A stretch of 64,000 nt of DNA from an uncultured Pelagibacteraceae bacterium (GCA_902604005.1 CACKXH010000002.1:5183-69182); one strand, 5' to 3'. Counted from the first letter of the stretch, positions 35,398 to 46,157 are shown. Notes: generated by a model from the letters alone, not told the origin. Made by a program: numbers and translations.

Positions 35398-36492
35398 TTC
35401 CTTATTTAGAAATAATTTAATTTTATTAGTACTATACTGTCTATTGATTATAGGTAAGCCTATCTTCTTTAATAAAATCAAGTTTATATTCTTTGAAGTA
35501 TTTTTTTTATCTATAGTCATAAAAGACACGATCTTATTTAAATCTTTTATCGAAAAATACTTTTTTAAATCATGAGGTAATTTTGAATTGATTAAATGAT
35601 TATTAATAGATTTATATTCTTTATTTTTTAATATCTTATTTTGTTTACAAAATTTGATTGCAGTTTTAATTCCTAAAATTACAGCTTCTCCATGATTTAA
35701 TTTTTTGGAATAACCTAAAGAAGCTTCATAAGAGTGTGCAAAAGTATGCCCAAAGTTTAAAGTTTTTCTTAAATTTTTTTCTTTTTCATCTTTTTCTACT
35801 ACTCTTTTTTTTATTTTACAGCTTTCATGAATAGATTTTTCAATAAAAGGAGATTGTAAATTTAAAATTTTTTGAAAATTTTTAGTTAAAAAATTATAAA
35901 ATTTTTTATTTGCAATTAATGAGTGTTTAAGTATTTCTCCATATCCACATATAATTTCTCTTTTTGGAAGTGTTTTTAAAAATTCAATATCACTAATAAC
36001 AATTTTTGGCTGATAAAAACTCCCAATAAGATTTTTTCCATACTTGGAATTTATTCCTGTTTTTCCTCCTATAGAGGAGTCTACTTGAGATAAAAGTGTT
36101 GTAGGAATATTTATAAATTGAATTCCTCTTTTAAAAAGACTCGCAGCAAAGCCACCTATATCACCAGTAATTCCACCTCCAACTGTTATTAAACAATCTT
36201 GTCTAGAAAATTTTTTTTTAAGTAGTATTTCGGTAATATTATTTATAGTTTTTTGATTTTTATTGATCTCACTAGCTTTAATATAGCAAGTGTATAATTG
36301 TTTTTTCTTTAATTTATTTTTTAGTTTTGTCACAGTTTTTATTGGAACATTTTTATCTATTACCAATAAGCATTTAGCAAATGAAATAGAGTTATCTTTA
36401 AATATATTTGATATTTTCAAAAGTAAATTTTTACCAATTATTATTGGATATCTCTCTGATTTTGTATTTATAAATAATTTTTTAGTCTTCAT
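35386..36492 (-). CDS. aroB: 3-dehydroquinate synthase
   Basis: GGGITGD, PTTLLSQVDSSIGGKTG, LNFGHTFAH, HGEAV. Confidence 0.97.
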   Translation of the reverse strand: MKTKKLFINTKSERYPIIIGKNLLLKISNIFKDNSISFAKCLLVIDKNVPIKTVTKLKNKLKKKQLYTCYIKASEINKNQKTINNITEILLKKKFSRQDCLITVGGGITGDIGGFAASLFKRGIQFINIPTTLLSQVDSSIGGKTGINSKYGKNLIGSFYQPKIVISDIEFLKTLPKREIICGYGEILKHSLIANKKFYNFLTKNFQKILNLQSPFIEKSIHESCKIKKRVVEKDEKEKNLRKTLNFGHTFAHSYEASLGYSKKLNHGEAVILGIKTAIKFCKQNKILKNKEYKSINNHLINSKLPHDLKKYFSIKDLNKIVSFMTIDKKNTSKNINLILLKKIGLPIINRQYSTNKIKLFLNKELIN

Positions 36493-36992
36493 AACTTATT
36501 TAAAACTTTATTCACTATTTCATATTTTTTTAGATTACTACAATTTATTTTATATAAAGCTTTTGAGTAAATATGATTACGATTTTTAATTAAATCTATC
36601 AATTCCTCATTTGTAGATTTTACTGCAATAGGTCTCCTCGAACTATTTCTAATTCGTTTAATAAGAGTTTTAATATCTAATTTTAACCAAATGGATACAT
36701 GATTGTTTAAAATTTCAGTTCTTATTTTTTTGTTTAAAAATGCACCACCACCTAAGGCAATGATGATTTGTTTTTTTTTTAAAATTTTTAAGGTAATTTT
36801 TTCCTCAAAATCTCTAAAAAACTTCTCACCCTTTGTTTCAAAAATTTCTGAAATTGTCATTTTTAATTCTTTTTCAATCAAATAATCTATATCAAAAAAT
36901 TTTATTTTAAGTTTTTTTGAAACTAAAAAGCCTATCGAAGTCTTACCAGATCCCATCATGCCTAAAAAAACAATATTTTCTTTTGATTTCAT
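36489..36992 (-). CDS. aroK: Shikimate kinase (start moved to MKSKENIV)
   Basis: GMMGSGKT P-loop, GEKFFRDFE, ALGGG, RP. Confidence 0.93.
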   Translation of the reverse strand: MKSKENIVFLGMMGSGKTSIGFLVSKKLKIKFFDIDYLIEKELKMTISEIFETKGEKFFRDFEEKITLKILKKKQIIIALGGGAFLNKKIRTEILNNHVSIWLKLDIKTLIKRIRNSSRRPIAVKSTNEELIDLIKNRNHIYSKALYKINCSNLKKYEIVNKVLNKL

Positions 36993-37049
36993 AAGTTTAT
37001 TTATTGAAAAAACACAAATATGTCTTAATTTGAAATTAACAGAGATTAT

Positions 37050-37229
37050 ATGCAATTTATAAAAAAAACAAGATCGACTAGAAGCTTTATTAGTACATTA
37101 ATCAAAATATCTTTAGTTACTATAATTTTAATTGGATCAGTTTTTTTTCTTAATAAAATTGATTTTCCTAAACCAATAAAAGAGATAGATAAAATTATTT
37201 CAAATGAAAATTTTAAAATTGTTAAATAA
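37050..37229 (+). CDS. Small single-pass membrane protein (59 aa, not in ORF track)
   Basis: MQFIKKTRSTRSFISTLIKISLVTIILIGSVFFLNKIDFPKPIKEIDKIISNENFKIVK*; basic N-terminus plus hydrophobic helix; overlaps next gene start. Confidence 0.75.
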   Translation: MQFIKKTRSTRSFISTLIKISLVTIILIGSVFFLNKIDFPKPIKEIDKIISNENFKIVK

Positions 37230-38973
37230 AAAAAATTTATCAATTGTATCTCTATTTTTACTATTAATCACAGAGACAATTGCTGAAGAAAATCCTGTAG
37301 ATATCTGGAACATAGATAAAAAAGAAATTGAAAAAAAGAATGATGATTCTTTAGATAAAGAAAACAGTAAAAAACAAGAAATATTACAAAAAAGTATTTA
37401 TAATTTGCAAAACCAAAATCAAATTGAAACAATAGAATTTAATCAAACTCTAGAATCTCAACAAATAAAAATTATTGGTCTATATGATCCTGAAGATAAT
37501 GGACTAGATATTGATATGTGGTCGAATTCAGATGGTGATCAGTTAAAAAATATTTTTTCGAATATAAAGAAAATAAAACTTTCTGAAGATGCAAATGAGA
37601 TAATGAATATCTCGATGTTAACAAATGCACATTATCCTAAAAAAAATTTTTCTGAAAAAGAATTTTTACAATTTAAATCAGATTGGTTAATAAAAAATTC
37701 AGATTTAGATTTAATTCAGGAATATTTAATAAAAAATCAAATTATAAATAGTCACCCAAAATTAACAAAATTTTTGGTAGATAAACATTTGTCTCAATTT
37801 AATATTGAAAAAGCATGTGAAATTTTTTCTAAAAATTCAGAACAAATAAAAGATGATTATCTTTCCAAATTTAATATTTATTGTTTGATTAAAAATGGTA
37901 AAAAAGAATATGCTCAGATGCTTTTAGACTTAAAAAAAGAATTAGGCTTTGAGGATAAATACTTTGAAAAAAAAATTGACTTTCTAATTGGTTACACACC
38001 AAAAATTGACAAGGAAATATCAGAAAAATCTATATTAGAGTTTCATTTGGCACATATAACTGATCCAGAGTTTGTTTTTGAACCAAACGAAAATACAGAT
38101 AAAATTATTTGGAGGTATCTTTCTTCAGCAAATTTACTAAATTCATTCCAACAGATTGACACTTCTGAACTTGATAAAATTGCAAATATAGAAAAAGCTG
38201 TTCATAATAAAAATTATCCTGAAAAAGATTTACTTGATTTATATAAAAGATTTCAATTTAATATAAATCAACTTTTAAATGCTAAAGAGTCCTATAAATC
38301 TCTTGGCAATATTGAGTCGAGAGCTTTAATTTATCAAAAAGTTTTACTTGAGTCTGAAATGATAGAAAAATTAAAATTATTAAAAATTTTAAAAACTTCT
38401 TTTAAAAATGATAATTTAAATAATGCTTTTGATTTGGAATTAAAGAAGTTTTTGGAAGAAATAGATCCAACTGAAATACCAGATAATTTGACAAGTTTTT
38501 ACTACACAAACATCACAATCGAAACAAATTTAAATAAAAAAATTAAATTTAATAACGATATAATGCATCAATCAAAATTGATTAATTATTTCAATGGTGA
38601 TTATACTAAATCAAAAATTAAGAAGGATGTAGAAAGTTTTTTAAAAAAAATAAAAAAAAATAAAAAGTATTTTTTGTCTAAAAAAGATATAATTTTTTTA
38701 GAGTCTCTTAAGGCAGATGGAATTGAAATTTCTGATAAATATAATGATTTGTACGAAGTCAATGACTCTGAAATACCCTCTGATATTCAGGTAATGATTA
38801 ATAATAATGAAAAAGGTACAGCATTATTACGTATTGTTGAAGTTATTGGGCAAGATAAATTAGAAAAAATTGATGACGAAACTATATATTTTATTATTGC
38901 AACCTTAAATAAATTAAATATTGATTTAATAAGAAATAAAATTTTACTTAAAGTTCTTCCTTTAAAAGTTTAA
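37204..38973 (+). CDS. Hypothetical exported helical protein (589 aa)
   Basis: Long ORF with signal-peptide-like N-terminus; GLYDPEDNGLDIDMWSNS segment; function not recognised. Confidence 0.8.
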   Translation: MKILKLLNKKNLSIVSLFLLLITETIAEENPVDIWNIDKKEIEKKNDDSLDKENSKKQEILQKSIYNLQNQNQIETIEFNQTLESQQIKIIGLYDPEDNGLDIDMWSNSDGDQLKNIFSNIKKIKLSEDANEIMNISMLTNAHYPKKNFSEKEFLQFKSDWLIKNSDLDLIQEYLIKNQIINSHPKLTKFLVDKHLSQFNIEKACEIFSKNSEQIKDDYLSKFNIYCLIKNGKKEYAQMLLDLKKELGFEDKYFEKKIDFLIGYTPKIDKEISEKSILEFHLAHITDPEFVFEPNENTDKIIWRYLSSANLLNSFQQIDTSELDKIANIEKAVHNKNYPEKDLLDLYKRFQFNINQLLNAKESYKSLGNIESRALIYQKVLLESEMIEKLKLLKILKTSFKNDNLNNAFDLELKKFLEEIDPTEIPDNLTSFYYTNITIETNLNKKIKFNNDIMHQSKLINYFNGDYTKSKIKKDVESFLKKIKKNKKYFLSKKDIIFLESLKADGIEISDKYNDLYEVNDSEIPSDIQVMINNNEKGTALLRIVEVIGQDKLEKIDDETIYFIIATLNKLNIDLIRNKILLKVLPLKV

Positions 38974-38996
38974 AAATTATATTAAAATATTGCTAC

Positions 38997-39515
38997 ATGA
39001 CAGTTAAAAAAATACTTACTGAACCAAATGAAATTCTACGACAAATTTCAAAACCAGTTGAAAAAGTTGGTAAAGAAGAACAAAAATTGATGGATGATAT
39101 GTTGGAAACTATGTATTCAGCGAATGGAATCGGTTTAGCAGCTGTACAAATAGGTGTTCCCAAAAGAATTATTGTTATGGATTTAAGTAAAGATGAAAAA
39201 ATAAAAGAACCAAGATATTTTGTAAATCCCAAAATAAAAAATAAAGACTCTCTAAAATCTACCTATGAGGAAGGATGCTTATCTGTTCCTAATCAATTTG
39301 CAGAAATTGATAGACCAAAGAAGTGTGATATAGAATATTTAGATTATAATGGTAAAAAAAAATTATTAAAGGCAGAAGGTTTGTTAGCAACATGTATTCA
39401 GCATGAAATGGATCATTTAGAAGGAATACTTTTTATTGATTATCTATCAAAACTTAAAAAATCTATGATTATTAAAAAACTATCAAAAAATAAATCTAGT
39501 CGGATAGTTGTTTAA
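38997..39515 (+). CDS. def: Peptide deformylase
   Basis: GIGLAAVQ, EGCLS, QHEMDHL. Confidence 0.98.
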   Translation: MTVKKILTEPNEILRQISKPVEKVGKEEQKLMDDMLETMYSANGIGLAAVQIGVPKRIIVMDLSKDEKIKEPRYFVNPKIKNKDSLKSTYEEGCLSVPNQFAEIDRPKKCDIEYLDYNGKKKLLKAEGLLATCIQHEMDHLEGILFIDYLSKLKKSMIIKKLSKNKSSRIVV

Positions 39516-39518
39516 TAA

Positions 39519-40451
39519 ATGTCAAAAAAAATTATTTTCATGGGTACACCATTATTTGCTGTACCAACATTAAAGTCTTTATATCAAAATGGATATCCAA
39601 TATCAGTTGTTTATACACAACCTCCGCAAAAATCTAAGCGTGGCCAAAAAATCAATAAATCACCAATTCAAGGAATTTCAGAAACATTAAACATTGATTT
39701 TAGATCTCCAATAACTTTAAAGGATAATCAGGAAGAATATAAATTTTTAAAAGAATTGAATGCTGATTTGGCGGTGGTTGTTGCATATGGTCAAATTATT
39801 CCAAAAGAGTTTTTAGAATTAACTAAAAAAGGTTTTATCAATATTCATGGATCATTATTACCTGCATTGAGAGGTGCCGCACCTATTCAAAGAGCAATTA
39901 TGAATTTAGATGAAGAAATAGGAATAAGTATTATGAAAATTGTAGAAGAGCTTGATAGTGGACCTGTAAGCAATGTATATAAGTTTAAACTAGATAGAAA
40001 TAGTAATGCTCAAGAAATTTCGGAAAAATTATCTTTGCTAGCAGCAGAAAAAATCTTAGATAACGTAGATAATATTTTGGAAGATAAAGCAAAATTTATC
40101 GAACAAGATCATTCAAAAGCAACATACGCAAAAAAAATAGATAAAAAAGAAGGACAGATTGATTGGAGAACAGGAGCGTCAAAAATTATTGGAAAAATAA
40201 ATGGTTTATTTCCTTCTCCAGGAGCTTTTTTTAATTTTGATGGAGAAAGGTATAAAATTTTAAAGGCAGAGATTGGTAATGGTGTGGGTGAATTTGGTGA
40301 AATAGTTTCTGATAATTTGGAAGTAGCTTGTGGTAACAATCAAACTATTAAGATTCTCGAAATTCAAAGACAAGGAAAAAACCCACAAAAAATTAGTGAG
40401 TTTATGCTTGGATCTAAAATTAAAAAAGGGTCGATGATTCCAAATGTTTAG
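39519..40451 (+). CDS. fmt: Methionyl-tRNA formyltransferase
   Basis: FMGTP, VVAYGQI, NIHGSLLP..RGAAPIQ. Confidence 0.97.
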   Translation: MSKKIIFMGTPLFAVPTLKSLYQNGYPISVVYTQPPQKSKRGQKINKSPIQGISETLNIDFRSPITLKDNQEEYKFLKELNADLAVVVAYGQIIPKEFLELTKKGFINIHGSLLPALRGAAPIQRAIMNLDEEIGISIMKIVEELDSGPVSNVYKFKLDRNSNAQEISEKLSLLAAEKILDNVDNILEDKAKFIEQDHSKATYAKKIDKKEGQIDWRTGASKIIGKINGLFPSPGAFFNFDGERYKILKAEIGNGVGEFGEIVSDNLEVACGNNQTIKILEIQRQGKNPQKISEFMLGSKIKKGSMIPNV

Positions 40452-41184
40452 GTATCAAATATTGATTGAGTATGTTGGTACTAATTTTAGAGGTTGGCAA
40501 ATTCAAAAAAAAGGTAAAACTATCCAAGGACTTCTTCAAGAAAAAATTTCGAAACTTTTGAAAGAGAAAATAATATTACTTGGATCAGGCAGAACAGATA
40601 CCGGTGTACATGCGATTGAACAATCTGCACATTTCGACTGTAAAAATCAAATTACAGATTTCGAAAGATTTCTAAAATCAATCAATCATTTTTTAAATAA
40701 AGATGGTGTAACAGTCCTTAAAATAAAAAAGAGAAATAAAAATTTTCATGCAAGATTTTCAGCTAAAATGAGAATTTATAAGTACATAATTATAAATCGT
40801 CTGGGGGGACCAGTCCTAGAAAAGGATAGAGGTTGGCATATTATGAAAGAACTCGATTTAACTGTTATGAAAAAAGGTGCCAAAAAATTAGTTGGAACTA
40901 AGGATTTTTCATCTTTTAGAGCCTCTAGCTGTAGAGCAAAAAGTCCAATTAAAACAATGAAACTTGTAAAAATTAAATCATTTAAAAATAAAATAGAAAT
41001 AGAATTTAGATCCCAATCTTTTTTACAACAACAAGTTCGTTCAATGGTTGGTTGTTTAAAATATCTCGGAGAAAAAAAATGGTCATTAAAAAAATTTGAA
41101 AATGTAATGAAATCAAAAAAAAGAGTTTTATGTGCTCCGCCAGCGCCTCCACAAGGACTTTTTTTATCGAGAATTATTTATTAA
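40444..41184 (+). CDS. truA: tRNA pseudouridine(38-40) synthase
   Basis: GWQIQ, SGRTDTGVHA, FHARFSA, APPQGL. Confidence 0.97.
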   Translation: MFRYQILIEYVGTNFRGWQIQKKGKTIQGLLQEKISKLLKEKIILLGSGRTDTGVHAIEQSAHFDCKNQITDFERFLKSINHFLNKDGVTVLKIKKRNKNFHARFSAKMRIYKYIIINRLGGPVLEKDRGWHIMKELDLTVMKKGAKKLVGTKDFSSFRASSCRAKSPIKTMKLVKIKSFKNKIEIEFRSQSFLQQQVRSMVGCLKYLGEKKWSLKKFENVMKSKKRVLCAPPAPPQGLFLSRIIY

Positions 41185-41655
41185 TTTCTTTTTATTAGCC
41201 ATTGAATATCTTTTATTAATTCTCCACCTTGACTCAGCCCTTACTATGTAACCACAGCAGTTTTTTGATTGGCACCTGCAAGGAAATTGTTTATAATCTT
41301 CGTCATAACCAAAACCATAATCACAAGTAAATTCTTCACCCTTTTTTATATCTTTTATGGTAGTGACCCAAACTTTAAGACCTTTTCCATTATAATCACA
41401 GTTGTTGTCGCATGAGTGATTTATCAATCCAGCAGTATTCCATGAAAAATCTCCATCCAAAGTGTATTTTTTATTTAATGTAAATAAATATATAGGTTTT
41501 TTATTATTGAATTTATCAGATTCATCTACTTTTTTATTTGTTATAATTTTTCCAATATAGTTAATAACCTTAGTTCCTGCTTTGATATCTTTTGTAGCAT
41601 ATAGACCATGTCCTTTATTATCAATTTTAGATTTTTTAATTTGATATAACTTCAT
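41164..41655 (-). CDS. SET-domain protein-lysine methyltransferase with post-SET Zn motif
   Basis: GHGLYA, YIG, INHSCDNNC, EEFTCDYG, CRCQSKNCCG. Confidence 0.92.
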   Translation of the reverse strand: MKLYQIKKSKIDNKGHGLYATKDIKAGTKVINYIGKIITNKKVDESDKFNNKKPIYLFTLNKKYTLDGDFSWNTAGLINHSCDNNCDYNGKGLKVWVTTIKDIKKGEEFTCDYGFGYDEDYKQFPCRCQSKNCCGYIVRAESRWRINKRYSMANKKKLINNSR

Positions 41656-41686
41656 GATGGGTTATTTATAATTTACTGGAGAATTA

Positions 41687-42616
41687 TCAATTGAATTCTA
41701 ATAATGCATCAACATGTCTCTTAGCACTATCTTGAAGCGCCTGCAAATCATAACCACCTTCAAGAATTGAAACCACTTTACCATTTGAAAATCTTTTTGA
41801 AGTTTCAAGTATTCTTTTTGTTATTTTATAATAATCATCAGTATCGAGTTTAAGTTGTGCAAGTGGATCTGCTATATGTCCATCAAATCCTGCACTAACA
41901 AGAACAAATTCAGGCTGAAATTCTTTTAATCTTTTTAAAGCAAATTCAAAAGCATTCAAATATTCTTCAGAGTTTGTACCTGCAGGTAATGGAATATTGC
42001 AAATATTATTAAATTTACCTTTTTCTTTCTCAGAGCCTGTTCCTGGATAGTAAGGATATTGATGTGTTGAAATGAATAAAATATTTTTATTATCGTAAAA
42101 AATGTCTTGTGTACCGTTACCATGATGAACATCAAAATCTACAATAGCAACTCGTTTATATTTATATTTATTGATTAAATAATTAGCACCAATTGCAACA
42201 TTATTTAAAATACAGAATCCTGCTGCTTTATTTTGATTACAGTGATGACCGGGAGGACGTACACTACAAAAGGCATTTTTAAACTCTTTATTTTGTACGC
42301 CATCTATAGCTGCAATAATTGAGCCTGCTGCATCAAATGTTGCGTTTTTACTACCAGGAGAAATAATTGTATCACCATCAAGAGATGAAAAACCTTTGAT
42401 TGGAAAAGAATTTTTAACTAAATCAATGTAATTGGATTCATGAGTATCTTTTATTATATCATCAGTAATAATTGAAGGTTTTTTCCACAAAATATTTTTA
42501 TTATTATGTCTTTTAAAATTTTCAATAATTACAGAAACACGAGCTATTTGTTCTGGATGCCCAGGGCCAGTATCATGATTTTGATATGAATTAGAAGTAA
42601 TTAAACCGGTTTTCAC
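41687..42616 (-). CDS. Histone deacetylase family Zn-dependent deacylase
   Basis: HPE, RPPGHH, GFCILNN, DFDVHHGNGTQ, SAGFD, EGGY. Confidence 0.95.
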   Translation of the reverse strand: MKTGLITSNSYQNHDTGPGHPEQIARVSVIIENFKRHNNKNILWKKPSIITDDIIKDTHESNYIDLVKNSFPIKGFSSLDGDTIISPGSKNATFDAAGSIIAAIDGVQNKEFKNAFCSVRPPGHHCNQNKAAGFCILNNVAIGANYLINKYKYKRVAIVDFDVHHGNGTQDIFYDNKNILFISTHQYPYYPGTGSEKEKGKFNNICNIPLPAGTNSEEYLNAFEFALKRLKEFQPEFVLVSAGFDGHIADPLAQLKLDTDDYYKITKRILETSKRFSNGKVVSILEGGYDLQALQDSAKRHVDALLEFN

Positions 42617-43770
42617 TTAAAGTAATTTTGTAAAATATTTTGATAAATCTTAGTTAAATTTTTTAAATCTTTTAAAGCTACCGCCTCATCAACTTTGTGC
42701 ATAGTTTTTCCTACTAAACCAAATTCTAAACCTGGTGATATTTTTCTTATAAATCTTAAATCTGAAGTTCCACCTGTAGTGGATAGTTTCGGGTTAATCT
42801 TTGTGACCTTTTTGATAATATTCTGGATCATAAAAGTTGTTTTATTTGCTTTTGTTAAAAATGCTTCACCAGAAACTCTATATTCAATTTTATATTTAGA
42901 TTTATTTTTTTTAGTAATTCTATTTAAAATTTTATTAAGTTTTTTTTTAATAGAAGTCGATGAATGTTTGTTATTAAATCTTATATTGAATGTAGCCTCA
43001 GCAATTGCTGGAATAACATTATCTGCTTTGTTATTTATGTTAATTTTAGTCACTTCTAAGTTAGTAGGTTGGAAATCTTTTGTACCTCTGTCAAATCTAA
43101 TTTCTTTAAACTCTTTTAAAATTTTGACAATTATTGTTGAAGGATTATTTGCCCTATGAGGATATGCTACATGTCCTTGCAAACCAAATATTTTTAATTT
43201 ACCAGTTAAACTACCTCTTCTGCCAATTTTAATCATTTCTCCTAATTTATTTGGATTAGTAGGTTCACCTACTAAACAGAAATTAATTTTCTCTCTTTTT
43301 TTTTTTAAATAATCTACGACTTTTTTTGTTCCATTTATTGCATCTCCTTCTTCATCACCAGTTATTAACAAACTAATAGAACCATCAAAATTTTTATTTT
43401 CACTCAAAAATTTGCTTACTGCTGAAACAAAGGAAGCAATAGAGCTTTTCATGTCATTTGCGCCCCTACCAATTAAATGACCTTTTTTTACAATTGGTCT
43501 GAAAGGATTAATCGTCCAATCTTTCATATTTCCTGGAGGTACCACATCTAAATGACCTGCATAACAAAAATTAGGTCCTTTTGTTCCTAATCTTGCATAT
43601 AAATTTTTAACAGGATGAAAATTTTTTTCTTTAAATTCTAATACCCTAGTTTTGAAACCTAATTTTTTTAACTTCTTTTCTAAAAACTTCATTACGCCAG
43701 CATCAACTGGAGTTATAGATGGAAACCTGATTAGCTCTTTAGCTAACTGTAATTCATTAAAAGTTTTCAT
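42613..43770 (-). CDS. dapE: Succinyl-diaminopimelate desuccinylase
   Basis: GHLDVVP, GRGANDMK, GDEE, GRRGS, QGHVAYPH, GGTSD. Confidence 0.97.
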   Translation of the reverse strand: MKTFNELQLAKELIRFPSITPVDAGVMKFLEKKLKKLGFKTRVLEFKEKNFHPVKNLYARLGTKGPNFCYAGHLDVVPPGNMKDWTINPFRPIVKKGHLIGRGANDMKSSIASFVSAVSKFLSENKNFDGSISLLITGDEEGDAINGTKKVVDYLKKKREKINFCLVGEPTNPNKLGEMIKIGRRGSLTGKLKIFGLQGHVAYPHRANNPSTIIVKILKEFKEIRFDRGTKDFQPTNLEVTKININNKADNVIPAIAEATFNIRFNNKHSSTSIKKKLNKILNRITKKNKSKYKIEYRVSGEAFLTKANKTTFMIQNIIKKVTKINPKLSTTGGTSDLRFIRKISPGLEFGLVGKTMHKVDEAVALKDLKNLTKIYQNILQNYFK

Positions 43771-43771
43771 T

Positions 43772-44602
43772 TTAATCTCTTAAAAGGTCGTTTATAGAAG
43801 TTTTTGATCTTGTTTTTTCATCAACTTGTTTGATTATTACTGCACAATATAATGATGGTGCTGATGAATTATCTTTGTCAGGCAAAGATCCTGGAACAAC
43901 TACAGAGTAAGGTGGAATTTTTCCGTAAGTAATTTTTCCAGTTTTTCTATCAACTATTTTAGTTGATTGACCTATGTACATACCCATACTTAAAACCGAA
44001 CCTTCACCAACAATTACACCCTCAACTACCTCTGACATGGCTCCCAAGAAAACATTATCTTCAATTATTGTTGGCAACGCTTGTGCTGGCTCTAAAACAC
44101 CACCCACACCTGATCCAGCAGAAATATGACAATTTTTTCCAATTTGACAACAGCTACCTGCTCTTGCAAATGTATCTATCATTGTTCCTTCATCAATATA
44201 GGCACCAATATTTACATAGCAGGGCATTAGAACAGCATTCTTCCCAACAAAAGATCCTTTTCTAACTGGTGAGTTAGGAACCATTCTAAAACCAGCTTTT
44301 TCATGATCATTTTTTGACCATCCAGCTGTTTTACCTTTTAGTAAATGAGCTTTGTCATACCAACTGCTATAGGGCCCATTCAAATTCTCCATTGGATAAA
44401 TTCTAAAACTTAACATAATTGCTTTTTTTAAATGCTGATGTGTGACCCATTCTCCATTTATTTTTTCAGCAACTCTTGATTTACCATTGTCTAAATCATT
44501 TATTACTTGATTTATAGTGTCTTTAAGTTTTTGTTCAGAATTTTGATTTACTTGATCTTTATTTTCCCAAGCTTCATTAATAATATTTTCTAAATTACTC
44601 AT
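43772..44602 (-). CDS. dapD: Tetrahydrodipicolinate N-succinyltransferase
   Basis: [47 protein letters not shown]. Confidence 0.97.
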   Translation of the reverse strand: MSNLENIINEAWENKDQVNQNSEQKLKDTINQVINDLDNGKSRVAEKINGEWVTHQHLKKAIMLSFRIYPMENLNGPYSSWYDKAHLLKGKTAGWSKNDHEKAGFRMVPNSPVRKGSFVGKNAVLMPCYVNIGAYIDEGTMIDTFARAGSCCQIGKNCHISAGSGVGGVLEPAQALPTIIEDNVFLGAMSEVVEGVIVGEGSVLSMGMYIGQSTKIVDRKTGKITYGKIPPYSVVVPGSLPDKDNSSAPSLYCAVIIKQVDEKTRSKTSINDLLRD

Positions 44603-44614
44603 AATTTTTTTGAT

Positions 44615-45286
44615 TTAATTGTCTTTTAATACATTAATTTTTTGAAGAAAAGAAGGCAAGTTATTAATCTTATAATCAATGTAAGGCTTGTCAGCATCTT
44701 TTTTTGCGAAAGTTTCATCATTTTCAAGCCAACAAGTTTTCATTCCTAAATTTTTAGCTTGTTCTAGGTTGTGAGCTATGTCCTCTATTAAAATAGATTG
44801 TTTTGGATCTAATTTGAATTTTTCAATTAATCTTTTATAAGGTTCAAGATGAGGTTTTGGTACAAAATTACCATCTGTTATATCAAAAGCTCCATCAAAT
44901 AGACCATCGATACCTAATTGATTCGTCACATTTTTAATATGAGCATGTGAGCCATTAGAAAATATGTATTTCTTATCTTTAATTTTAATTAATTCTTCTT
45001 GTAATAGTTTATCTTCTGGCAGCCATGAAATATCAATATCATGTACAAACTCCAAAAATTCATTGGGATCTACACTTTTTTTCTTCATCAACCCTGACAA
45101 AGTAGTTCCATATTCATAAAAATATTCTTTCTGAATTTTTTTTGCTTCAAGAAGGCTGATATTAAATTTTTTTGAAATAAAAGATGACATTTTTTTATCT
45201 ACTTCAGAAAAAACCTTTGTTTGACCACTATATAGAGTGTTATCAAGATCAAAAATCCAATATTTAATTTTTGTTAATTCTATCAT
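44615..45286 (-). CDS. HAD-family pyrimidine 5'-nucleotidase
   Basis: WIFDLDNTLY, YGTTLSGL, PKP, IEDIAHNL. Confidence 0.9.
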   Translation of the reverse strand: MIELTKIKYWIFDLDNTLYSGQTKVFSEVDKKMSSFISKKFNISLLEAKKIQKEYFYEYGTTLSGLMKKKSVDPNEFLEFVHDIDISWLPEDKLLQEELIKIKDKKYIFSNGSHAHIKNVTNQLGIDGLFDGAFDITDGNFVPKPHLEPYKRLIEKFKLDPKQSILIEDIAHNLEQAKNLGMKTCWLENDETFAKKDADKPYIDYKINNLPSFLQKINVLKDN

Positions 45287-46131
45287 TTTCTTATTAAAGT
45301 CCCAGAACCTTTGTCTGAAAATATTTCAAATAATATTGAATGCTTTTTTCTACCATCTATAATTCCAACTGCTGTAACACCGTTATTGACAGCATCCAAA
45401 CATGTATTAATTTTTGGTATCATTCCTTCTGTTATAGTTTCATTTTTAACCATTTCTAAAATTTCCAATGAAGAAATTTCCTCTATTAGTTTTTTTTCTT
45501 TATTTAGAACACCAATAACATTTGTCATCAAAAGCAATCTTCTAGATTTTAATGCTTTTGCTATTGCTCCTGCAGCTGTATCTCCATTTATATTATAAGT
45601 TTGTTTGTTATTTCCCAACCCTAGAGGAGACACTATTGGAATTATTTTTTTTTCGACAATATTTTTTAAAATTTTAATATGTATTTTATTTGGTATTCCA
45701 ACAAAACCAAGTTCCTCTGCCTCAGGAATTATTTCAATAATATTATTCTTTTTTGTATTAATAGAAATTGATTCAGATCCCATTTTTTTTAAAGATGAGA
45801 CAATGTCTTCATTGAAATCAATCAAAACTGACTCAACTATACTTATAATTTTTTCATCAGTTACTCTTAATCCCCTTATAAATTTTGTTTGAATTTTAGA
45901 TTTATCTAATTCTCTTTTAATTCTTGGCCCCCCTCCATGAACGACAACTATCGATAAACCTAATTTATTTAATATGCTTATATCTGTTATAAAATTATCA
46001 AATATATCTCTATCAATAAAAACATTTCCTCCATACTTAATAACAATTATTTCGTTTTTATATTTTTCAATATATTTAGATACTTCTTCTATTGGTGGCC
46101 CATCTTTGGGTAGTATTTTTTTTAAATCCAT
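45283..46131 (-). CDS. argB: Acetylglutamate kinase
   Basis: IKYGG, VHGGGP, GLRVTD, NINGD, GMIPK. Confidence 0.97.
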   Translation of the reverse strand: MDLKKILPKDGPPIEEVSKYIEKYKNEIIVIKYGGNVFIDRDIFDNFITDISILNKLGLSIVVVHGGGPRIKRELDKSKIQTKFIRGLRVTDEKIISIVESVLIDFNEDIVSSLKKMGSESISINTKKNNIIEIIPEAEELGFVGIPNKIHIKILKNIVEKKIIPIVSPLGLGNNKQTYNINGDTAAGAIAKALKSRRLLLMTNVIGVLNKEKKLIEEISSLEILEMVKNETITEGMIPKINTCLDAVNNGVTAVGIIDGRKKHSILFEIFSDKGSGTLIRK

Positions 46132-46157
46132 TGAACTATTTTTTGATTAAAATAAAA

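Noticed and set aside
37046-37243. 65 aa minus-strand ORF and the extended aroK start at 37055
   Set aside because: The ORF is the antisense shadow of the more plausible plus-strand 37050-37229 ORF; aroK similarity begins near 36992
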